Source of the DNA: an uncultured Collinsella sp.
GTDB lineage: Bacteria; Actinomycetota; Coriobacteriia; Coriobacteriales; Coriobacteriaceae
Direction: 5' to 3'
NCBI GenBank assembly: GCA_958443265.1
Contig: CAUCKA010000008.1
Coordinates: forward strand, 7,823-71,822
Length of the DNA stretch: 64,000 bases
Shown: positions 56,960 through 64,000 of the stretch, piece by piece
Layout: every line of letters begins with the position of its first letter
Position numbering within the stretch: the stretch's first letter is position 1
Notes under the pieces: model-generated
Databases searched by the model: none
The model's input: only the letters and a program-made list of their open reading frames with translations
Told to the model about the DNA's origin: nothing
Program-made: the position numbers and the translations under genes

Positions 56960-58531
56960 ATGCGGTCGATTCTCCCCAAGGGGGAAAACAGGAAGCGCCA
57001 CAGCATCGCGGCGCGCGCGATCACCTGCGTTCTCGTCGCCCTGCTCGCGCTTCCCTTCGCGGGGTGCAGTGCGAGCCCGAACGCGACCGGTGGCACGGCG
57101 CGCTCTCAGGAATACACTGTGAGTGTCTCGCTTTCCGGTGGGTCAGGGCGCGCAAGCATCGCCTCACCCACCACAATTGTGAAGGATGGCGACACCTACA
57201 CCGCGACCATCACCTGGTCGAGTTCGAACTACGACAAGATGACCGTCGACGGCGTGGACTACGCGCCCGTAAACGACGGCGGCAACTCCACGTTCGAGAT
57301 ACCCGTCACGCTCGACGAGGACATCGCCGTGTCGGCCGAGACCGAAGCCATGTCGACGCCGCACACCATCGACTACACGATCCACTTCGACTCATCCACC
57401 ATGAAGGAGAAATCGGGCGACGATGCAAGCGGCGGCTCCCCTGCAGGAACGGCTTCAAGCGCCGCGGCCGACTTCCACAACGCCGATTTGGGCTGCGGCT
57501 GGGAGCCGACGGGGGCGCTTCAGCTTGAATACGCCGAGCACTTCACTGTCGACGAGTTCGAAGGCGGTCTGCGGCTTATCTGCGTTTCGAATGGGGAGCG
57601 TTTCCTCGTGGTGCCGCAAGATGCGAAGGTACCTGATGGGTTGAGCTCCGACATCGCGGTCATAAGGCGCCCCGCCGACAAGGTGTACCTCGTGTCGTCG
57701 GCGACGATGTGCCTGGTCGACGCGCTCGATGCGAACGACAATATCATCATGTCGGGCACGAAGGCCGACGATTGCTCGGTCGCAGGCTTCAAAAGCGCGC
57801 TCGAAAGTGGGGCGATCGCCTACGGCGGCAAGTACAGCGCGCCCGACTACGAGCGAATATCGGCCTCGGGCTGCACGCTCGCCATCGAGAACACCATGAT
57901 CAACCACACGCCCGATGTGAAGGAAAAGCTGCAGAAGCTCGGGCTCGTCGTGCTCACCGAACAGTCGTCGAGCGAGCCCGAAGCACTCGGGCGCGTCGAG
58001 TGGATTAAGCTTTTCGGCGTCCTGTTCGACAAGGAAGACGAGGCCGCGCACCTGTTCAACGAGCAGAAGGCCCGCGTCGAGCAAACGTCGGGGCTCGCGT
58101 CGTCAGGTAAAACCGTGGCGTATTTCTACATTAACTCGAACGGGGCCGCCGTCACGCGGCGGGCGGGCGACTACGTGGCGCAGATGATCGAGCTTGCAGG
58201 CGGCAGCTACGCGCTCGATGACGCGCAGGCGTCGTCGACGTCAGGTTCGTCAGTAACGCTCGAAATGGAGCGCTTCTACGCGACGGCGAAGGATGCCGAC
58301 ATCATCGTCTACAACGGCACCATCGACGAGTCAGTTACCACCTTGAACGACTTCGTAGGCAAAAACGCGCTATTGTCGCAGTTCAAAGCCGTGAAGAACG
58401 GCAACGTCTGGGTCACAAGCGCCGACATGTACCAGCAGATGACTTCTACCGCCGACATTATCGACGAGCTGCACGGGGCGTTCACCGGCAATGACGCGAG
58501 CGACTTCCATTATCTGAGGAAGCTCGGTTAG
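56960..58531 (+). CDS. ABC substrate-binding lipoprotein (BtuF/TroA-like class III) with an extra N-terminal NEAT-like domain
   Basis: Lipobox FAGC; N-domain YTVSVSLSGGSGRA...IDYTIHFD; SBP motifs GKYSAPDYE, EPEALGRVEWIKLFG and FKAVKNGNVW. Confidence 0.8.
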   Translation: MRSILPKGENRKRHSIAARAITCVLVALLALPFAGCSASPNATGGTARSQEYTVSVSLSGGSGRASIASPTTIVKDGDTYTATITWSSSNYDKMTVDGVDYAPVNDGGNSTFEIPVTLDEDIAVSAETEAMSTPHTIDYTIHFDSSTMKEKSGDDASGGSPAGTASSAAADFHNADLGCGWEPTGALQLEYAEHFTVDEFEGGLRLICVSNGERFLVVPQDAKVPDGLSSDIAVIRRPADKVYLVSSATMCLVDALDANDNIIMSGTKADDCSVAGFKSALESGAIAYGGKYSAPDYERISASGCTLAIENTMINHTPDVKEKLQKLGLVVLTEQSSSEPEALGRVEWIKLFGVLFDKEDEAAHLFNEQKARVEQTSGLASSGKTVAYFYINSNGAAVTRRAGDYVAQMIELAGGSYALDDAQASSTSGSSVTLEMERFYATAKDADIIVYNGTIDESVTTLNDFVGKNALLSQFKAVKNGNVWVTSADMYQQMTSTADIIDELHGAFTGNDASDFHYLRKLG

Positions 58532-58535
58532 CGCC

Positions 58536-59576
58536 ATGAGAAGCCGGCTTTCCATGGCATACGACGAATCGGGGCGCGCCGCGCGGTGTCGCGTCGTGAC
58601 GGCGCTGCTCGCTGTTGCCCTCATCGTGCTCGTCGGGGCCAACCTGTGCATCGGGAGCGTGCTCGTGCCCGCAGACCACATCCCCGGCATCCTTTCGGGC
58701 GGCGCGGCCAATTTCATGGAAAGCCAGGTCATCTGGGAGATTCGCCTGCCGCGCGTGCTTTCAGCCGTGCTTCTCGGCGGGGCACTTTCGCTCTCCGGGT
58801 TCCTGCTGCAGACGTTTTTCAACAACCCCATCGCCGACCCGTTCATCTTGGGCGTCTCCTCGGGCGCAAAGTTCGTCGTCGCGCTTACGATGATCGTACT
58901 TCTGGGCGCGAACCAGGCCATGTCCTCGCCGGCCATGGTGGCCGCAGCGTTTCTGGGCTCGCTTATCACCATCGGCTTCGTGCTCCTCATCGCACGGCGC
59001 ATAAGTTCCATGGCCATGCTCATCGTGGCGGGCGTCATGGTGGGATACATCTGCTCGGCGGCGACGAACTTCCTCATCGCCTTCGCCGACGACCAGTCCA
59101 TCGTGAACCTGCACAACTGGTCTTTGGGTAGCTTCTCGGGTTCGAGCTGGGACGACGTTGCGGTCATCGCGGTCGTGGTGATCACCGTGAGCGCATGCGT
59201 ATTCGCGATATCGAAGCCCCTTTCCGCCTTCCAGCTGGGAGAAGCCTACGCGAAAAGCGTCGGCGTGAACGTCGCACGCTTCCGCGTGGTGCTCGTCCTT
59301 CTAGCGAGCATGCTCTCCGCCTGCGTGACCGCGTTCGCTGGTCCGGTGTCGTTCGTAGGCATCGCGGTTCCGCATCTCGTGAAGTCGGCGCTAAAGTCGT
59401 CGAAACCCATCCGCGTGATTCCTGCGTGCTTCTTGGGAGGCGCCATCTTCTGCGCGGGCTGCGATTTGATCGCACGCACGCTGTTCTCTCCCGTCGAGCT
59501 TTCCATCAGCGCCGTCACCGCCATCTTCGGCGCGCCGGTGGTTATCGCGCTCATGTTGAAGAAGCGGGTGAGGTAG
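58536..59576 (+). CDS. FecCD/BtuC-family ABC permease
   Basis: IRLPR, QTFFNNPIADPFILGVSSGA, LGEAYAKSVG and GPVSFVGIAVPHL. Confidence 0.92.
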   Translation: MRSRLSMAYDESGRAARCRVVTALLAVALIVLVGANLCIGSVLVPADHIPGILSGGAANFMESQVIWEIRLPRVLSAVLLGGALSLSGFLLQTFFNNPIADPFILGVSSGAKFVVALTMIVLLGANQAMSSPAMVAAAFLGSLITIGFVLLIARRISSMAMLIVAGVMVGYICSAATNFLIAFADDQSIVNLHNWSLGSFSGSSWDDVAVIAVVVITVSACVFAISKPLSAFQLGEAYAKSVGVNVARFRVVLVLLASMLSACVTAFAGPVSFVGIAVPHLVKSALKSSKPIRVIPACFLGGAIFCAGCDLIARTLFSPVELSISAVTAIFGAPVVIALMLKKRVR

Positions 59577-60893
59577 ATGGGGGAATTCGTGCCGCGGCCC
59601 AAAAAACTCGGAGGGAACATTCCATGCTTAGACAGTCCTGAGCTCGCACGAAAGCGCCAGAAGGCACTTTCGGCTCGTGCGGAACTGCGCGCGGAACGAC
59701 TCCTCCGAGCGGAGTCGAACCTCGAAGCCCCGGTCGAAACGCAGGCTGACGGAGTTCCGCTTTTCCGCATAAGCGACCTGTCGGCGGGCTACGACAAGAA
59801 GGTCGTAGTCGGAGGCGTCGATCTGGAGGTTCGCGCGGGCGACGTTGTGGCGCTCATCGGACCGAACGGCTCGGGCAAGTCGACCATCTTGAAAACCATC
59901 ACACGCCATCTGGCACCGCTTGCCGGCGCGGTCGAGCTCGACGGGCGGGAGATTTCCCGATGGAAGACGGCGGAGTTTGCAAGGAACCTTGCCGTTATGC
60001 TGACAGATCGCCCCCGGACCGAGCTCCTCACCTGCCGCGATGTCGTAGAGGCGGGAAGGCATCCCTACACCGGGCGAATGGGCACACTCTCGCCCGACGA
60101 CCATAGTCGGGTCGACGAGGCCATGAAAACCGCACATGTGGAAGAGCTCGCCGAGCGCGACTTCATGCAGATAAGCGACGGGCAACGCCAGCGCGTCATG
60201 CTCGCACGCGCCATCGCGCAGGATCCGCGTGTGCTCGTGCTCGACGAGCCCACGTCGTATCTCGATATCCGCTACCAGATCGACCTGCTGCGAATACTTC
60301 GCCACCTTGCGAAATCGCGGAATGTGGCTGTCATCATGTCCATCCACGAACTCGAGCTCGCGCAGAAAAGCGCCGACAAGGTGATTTGCGTGAAGGACGG
60401 CCGGGTCTTCCGTGCCGGCGCACCCGAGGACATATTCACGCGCGAGACGATTGGCGAGCTCTACGGCCTTCAACATGGCACTTTCAACGAGCGCTTCGGC
60501 AGCGTGGAAATTGGACGCCCGCACGGCGATGCGCACACGTTCGTCATCGCCGGCGCTGGTACGGGGTCGGCTGTGTTTCGCCAGCTCATCCGGCAGGGCA
60601 AGGCGTTCTACGCGGGCGTTCTGCACGAAGGGGACATCGACTGCGAGCTCGCGCGCGACCTGGCGGCGGAATGCGTGGCCGAGCGCGCCTTCGAGCCGAT
60701 CGGGGATAAAACCATAGCCCGCGCCAAAGAGCTCCTCGTCCACTGCGCGCGTCTTATCGTGTGCCCCGCCGCCTTCGGCACCATAAACGCCCGCAACGTA
60801 GAGCTCGTCGAGTTCGCACGATCGCATGGTATCGAGGTCATGCAAGCGTGCGAAGGCGCATCGGAGGATTCCCAATTGGAGTGGGAAGGATAA
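59577..60893 (+). CDS. FecE/BtuD-family ABC ATP-binding protein with a C-terminal extra domain
   Basis: GPNGSGKST, ISDGQRQRVMLARA, LDEPTSYLD and IHEL; about 130 extra residues after the NBD. Start uncertain. Confidence 0.9.
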   Translation: MGEFVPRPKKLGGNIPCLDSPELARKRQKALSARAELRAERLLRAESNLEAPVETQADGVPLFRISDLSAGYDKKVVVGGVDLEVRAGDVVALIGPNGSGKSTILKTITRHLAPLAGAVELDGREISRWKTAEFARNLAVMLTDRPRTELLTCRDVVEAGRHPYTGRMGTLSPDDHSRVDEAMKTAHVEELAERDFMQISDGQRQRVMLARAIAQDPRVLVLDEPTSYLDIRYQIDLLRILRHLAKSRNVAVIMSIHELELAQKSADKVICVKDGRVFRAGAPEDIFTRETIGELYGLQHGTFNERFGSVEIGRPHGDAHTFVIAGAGTGSAVFRQLIRQGKAFYAGVLHEGDIDCELARDLAAECVAERAFEPIGDKTIARAKELLVHCARLIVCPAAFGTINARNVELVEFARSHGIEVMQACEGASEDSQLEWEG

Positions 60894-60922
60894 ACTGGAC
60901 TTTCTTTTAAGGATCCTCAGGC

Positions 60923-61002
60923 TACAGCTCCTACGCGGCGAGGTCTACAAGGCGCCGGAGAACTTCATGAACAGGAATTTCCACGCCGACGAGCCCAATT
61001 AG
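60923..61002 (+). mobile_element. Degenerate IS3-family transposase (OrfB) fragment at the right island border
   Basis: Reads YSSY-(1-nt deletion)-GEVYKAPENFMNRNFHADEPN*, matching the IS3/IS150 OrfB pattern YSSYxGE...APxNLLxRxFxAxxPN that precedes the rve core. Confidence 0.7.
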
Positions 61003-61004
61003 GC

Positions 61005-61616
61005 CTAATCCAAGCGAGATTCCAGACTCGACAGGCCATTGAGAGTCAGGTCGTTGGCGACCTCAGAGACGCGCTCAATAGGAACCGAGCCGTCAGACAG
61101 CGCCCACGTGCGATAGATACCGATAATGCCTGACAGCAAAAACGCCAGATAGTAGTCGAACATCTCATCCTTAAGGCCTTGGGGCAGCAGATTGCGCTCG
61201 GCAATCTCGTGCTCGAGAGGTGCACGAAGACGAGCCATAAAATCATCGAGCGGAATGTTCTCGATCAGCTGACGATTGAGCACCAGGTTGTTGCATAACG
61301 CCTCGTTAACGGTTTTAAAGAAGGTCGCCGCCGCTCCCAGGGCGCGCTCGTTGGTGTCACCGTCCATTGAAGCAAGCGTTTTCTCGACCGAGTCGACAAT
61401 CATCTCCACCACATCGACGGCAATGGCATCGAGCAGGCCGTCGACCGTACCAAAGTGAACGTAAAAGGTCTTGCGGTCGACATTGGCCTCGCGCGCGATG
61501 GCACTCACCGTAATGTCTGCCAGCGGCTTTTCCATGAGCAGGCGCTCGAAAGCGGAAAGGATGGCATTGCGGCTGCGAACGATGCGGCGATCAATACGCG
61601 GTTTGCTGGTGGCCAT
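61005..61616 (-). CDS. TetR/AcrR-family transcriptional regulator
   Basis: DRRIVRSRNAI...ITVSAIAREANVDRKTFYVHF helix-turn-helix; GAAGGGA RBS. Confidence 0.9.
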   Translation of the reverse strand: MATSKPRIDRRIVRSRNAILSAFERLLMEKPLADITVSAIAREANVDRKTFYVHFGTVDGLLDAIAVDVVEMIVDSVEKTLASMDGDTNERALGAAATFFKTVNEALCNNLVLNRQLIENIPLDDFMARLRAPLEHEIAERNLLPQGLKDEMFDYYLAFLLSGIIGIYRTWALSDGSVPIERVSEVANDLTLNGLSSLESRLD

Positions 61617-61732
61617 GGGCGTGTCCCTTCGATATGCGGGCATACATCAACAGATGAGAGATAATCTACGTAAGAGGATTATCCCCCATCCGGCACAAAA
61701 AAGCCCGGCAATATGAAGAACGCACGACTGCC

Positions 61733-63040
61733 CTACCGCGACTTAGGGTGCTTCTTCTTATTGAGCGCCGACGGAGATACGCGGATACCGTCGCCCGTCT
61801 GGCGCACATAGGCTTTATGAGCCGGCTTAGCGGTCCCAGAAGCCTTCTGAGCGTGCTTCCTGGGATCAACGGTAACAGCATTCGTGGGGTGCGGCTTAGT
61901 GGGCGCAGAGGGCGTCTGAGGCGTACGGCCGAGCTTGCGCATCACGCGATCCCAGCGCGCATGGATACTCTCGTTGTGGGCGCTCTTAAGGCCCAGCAGG
62001 GGCGCAGCCAAAATGGTCGGCGCGATAAACGTAATGAGACGCCACAGCAGATAGCCGGCGGTCGAAGCCGACCCAAAGAAATGACCCAAGAACAAAGCAA
62101 AGCCGCCCTCAGCGCCACCAGTTCCACCGGGCAAGGGAACCGCAGAGCTCAGCAGCTGGACAAAGGCGCTCGCGGCCATGACCGAGAAAAAGTCGACCTC
62201 GTGGTGGCCAAAGGCGAGCATCAGAAAATACGGCACCAGATAGAAAAACGCGAGCTGCAGCATGGTGATAAACACGGTGAGCAGCATGGAAGAAAAATGT
62301 CCGGCGGAAAGCTTGAACTTCTCGGAGAAGGAGTAGATCTCGCCATCGACAAACGAGCGCCATCCATCGATCTTAGTGGCCGAGACACCTATGCGCTCGA
62401 GCCAATTGATGATGCAATGGGCGACGCGCGTGACGGTCTTAGGCATGAGCGCGACGGCGAAGATGCCGAGCAGGATGCAGCAGTGACCGCCAAAACTAAA
62501 GACGCACAGCAGCGTCATGTCGCCATAGCGCTCGGCAAAAAACGGCATGCGAGCAAGCAATAGGATAGCGCCCCAGGCAACGAGGCCAAACTGATACACA
62601 ATAAATCGGGTGAACTGCGTGGCACCCGCTTCGCCCACGTTTTGGCCCGCTTTGGTCAGGCGGTAGATCTGGGCAGGCGTAGAGCCCATCATCATGGGCG
62701 TCAGGTTGCCAAAGAAGATACCGCTCGCCTCGACCGAGATCAGGTCGCGAATGCCGACGGGCGAATAAGGGTCGAGCCAAACGGCGATCGCATAGGCCAC
62801 AATGCCAAAGAACAGATACATGAACATGCAAAGACACGCGATAACGAGCCATGGCGCCTGGACGCTCGACATAGCGGCCCAGAACTGCCCCATCTGCCCG
62901 GTTACCACCAGATAGACGATATAACCCACCAGCACGACGCCGATAAAGATGGCGCCGCGGCGTGCGCTCTTATTGTCATCTCCGCCCGAGGCCTCAACCT
63001 CGACCTGGGGCTTAGACGTATGCTGAGAGGACTCCGTCAT
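61733..63040 (-). CDS. Lysylphosphatidylglycerol-synthase TM / flippase-like (UPF0104) membrane protein
   Basis: Multi-TM protein; FFGNLTP...G.TPAQIY, PLPGGTGGAEGGF and LLWRLITF; AAGGAG RBS. Confidence 0.8.
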   Translation of the reverse strand: MTESSQHTSKPQVEVEASGGDDNKSARRGAIFIGVVLVGYIVYLVVTGQMGQFWAAMSSVQAPWLVIACLCMFMYLFFGIVAYAIAVWLDPYSPVGIRDLISVEASGIFFGNLTPMMMGSTPAQIYRLTKAGQNVGEAGATQFTRFIVYQFGLVAWGAILLLARMPFFAERYGDMTLLCVFSFGGHCCILLGIFAVALMPKTVTRVAHCIINWLERIGVSATKIDGWRSFVDGEIYSFSEKFKLSAGHFSSMLLTVFITMLQLAFFYLVPYFLMLAFGHHEVDFFSVMAASAFVQLLSSAVPLPGGTGGAEGGFALFLGHFFGSASTAGYLLWRLITFIAPTILAAPLLGLKSAHNESIHARWDRVMRKLGRTPQTPSAPTKPHPTNAVTVDPRKHAQKASGTAKPAHKAYVRQTGDGIRVSPSALNKKKHPKSR

Positions 63041-63148
63041 GAGACTCCTTCTAACAGTCAAAATATCTTGGTTATTGTACCCGTAAGGGCCATAGGCAGA
63101 ACGCAAAGCTCTGGTTCAAACGGGAATTGCAGACGGTTGTTTGAAAAT

Positions 63149-63180
63149 AAAAAACCCGGCCTTCCATGGGAAGACCGGGT
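63149..63180 (-). terminator. Intrinsic terminator after the tRNA-Glu pair
   Basis: ACCCGGTCTTCCCATGGAAGGCCGGGT followed by a T tract on the minus strand. Confidence 0.75.
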
Positions 63181-63190
63181 ATCAAATGCG

Positions 63191-63267
63191 TGGTAGCCCG
63201 TACCAGATTCGAACTGGTGATCTCCGCCTTGAGAGGGCGGCGTCCTAAACCGCTAGACGAACGGGCC
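63191..63267 (-). tRNA. tRNA-Glu (CTC), copy 2
   Basis: GGCCCGTTCGTCTAGCGGTTTAGGACGCCGCCCTCTCAAGGCGGAGATCACCAGTTCGAATCTGGTACGGGCTACCA. Confidence 0.97.
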
Positions 63268-63289
63268 ATAGACCTCAGCAGAAAAGAAG

Positions 63290-63366
63290 TGGTAGCCCGT
63301 ACCAGATTCGAACTGGTGATCTCCGCCTTGAGAGGGCGGCGTCCTAAACCGCTAGACGAACGGGCC
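63290..63366 (-). tRNA. tRNA-Glu (CTC), copy 1
   Basis: Identical 77-nt sequence, separated from copy 2 by a 22-nt spacer. Confidence 0.97.
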
Positions 63367-63400
63367 ACATGACATCTGCACTGCCGCGCTGCGAGGACAT

Positions 63401-63429
63401 ATATTACGGGACAAAAAACATCAGCGCAA
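63401..63429 (-). promoter_or_regulatory. Putative promoter of the tRNA-Glu pair
   Basis: TTGCGC-17 nt-TAATAT. Confidence 0.5.
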
Positions 63430-63494
63430 GAAGAAATTCCAAATTGCCGAAAAAATTGTCGGCAGGTTATGGAACGCGCAGGTAAACTGGGTAG

Positions 63495-64000
63495 CTAATT
63501 CAAGTTGAGATGGACCAAAAGAGCTTCGCGCTCGTTGGAAATGTTGTCTTCGATCACGGCGTCGAGGGCGGAGTTGAGTAGCTGGCCTAGCTCGGGCCCC
63601 GGCTTCACACCGGCGCGGATCAGGTCGCCGCCGTTAATGGCGAGCATCTTGAGCGTATAGGGCTCCCCCGCCTTCAGCAGCTCGTGCGCCATCGCGCGCA
63701 TCTCCTCAATCGTCTCGACGTAATAGAAGCACGACGGGGCCTTACCAAGTGTGTCAGCACGCTTAAGATCCATGAGCTCGTCCATCAGACGCGGCGTGTC
63801 GACGCCCTCGCCCGAAAGCGCGCGCATCATATTGAGCAGGCAGGAGCGCTCGGGGCGCAGCGGCTTGTCATGGTATTTGATGAGCAGGCACACATCGCGC
63901 ACCAAATCGTGCGAGAGCGCCAGGCGATCCATAATGACGCGCGCCTTCTTGGCGCCGAGCTCGGGATGACCGTAGAAGTGGCCGCTGCCGGCGTGATCGA
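63495..64000 (-). CDS. CCA tRNA nucleotidyltransferase / HD-domain protein, C-terminal part (5' end outside the window)
   Basis: The frame is open to the window edge: GHFYGHPELGA...LIKYHD...LKRAD...LAINGGDLIRAGVKPGPELGQLL, typical of CCA-adding enzyme C-termini. Confidence 0.75.
   Translation of the reverse strand, partial: DHAGSGHFYGHPELGAKKARVIMDRLALSHDLVRDVCLLIKYHDKPLRPERSCLLNMMRALSGEGVDTPRLMDELMDLKRADTLGKAPSCFYYVETIEEMRAMAHELLKAGEPYTLKMLAINGGDLIRAGVKPGPELGQLLNSALDAVIEDNISNEREALLVHLNLN

Noticed and set aside
63072..63372. ORFs with a duplicated peptide, or a possible CRISPR-like repeat
   Set aside because: These are translations of the tandem tRNA-Glu genes; no CRISPR array or cas genes were seen anywhere in the window.

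Overview
GC-rich Gram-positive chromosomal segment; gene content, codon style and protein sequences suggest a Coriobacteriia (Collinsella-like) gut bacterium, which is an inference. From left to right it holds: (1) the 5' end of a minus-strand surface-polysaccharide locus (LoaP/UpxY-type NusG paralog, priming sugar transferase, WecG/TagA-type glycosyltransferase, FnlA/FnlB-type sugar enzymes, O-acetyltransferase, GT4); (2) tRNA-Ala(GGC), thiN and a HAD hydrolase; (3) a glycogen cluster glgB-glgP-glgC-glgD-glgA plus a GH13-GH77 fusion, with long Lys/Ala/Thr-rich tails on GlgB and GlgA; (4) housekeeping genes (rsmB, fmt, def, priA, gltX, metK, fused serine dehydratase, L,D-transpeptidase, MacAB-like exporter) separated by several long near-perfect palindromic elements, some adjoining strongly strand-skewed sequence; (5) a ~22.7 kb cobamide island (about 38.3-61.0 kb) bounded by an IS21 remnant, an IS3 remnant and a 7-bp direct repeat; (6) TetR, a flippase-like membrane protein, two identical tRNA-Glu(CTC) and the 3' end of a probable CCA-adding enzyme. 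The island carries a 15-gene anaerobic corrin ring and nucleotide-loop operon with no uroporphyrinogen III or precorrin-2 synthesis genes. Divergent from it is a B12-riboswitch-led operon encoding a twin-arginine lipoprotein CbiK, NEAT-like lipoprotein domains and a BtuCDF/FecBCD-type importer. This module is the best candidate for an undescribed system, possibly cell-surface capture and import of a tetrapyrrole precursor or cobalt. Product calls rest on motif recognition only; no searches were run.
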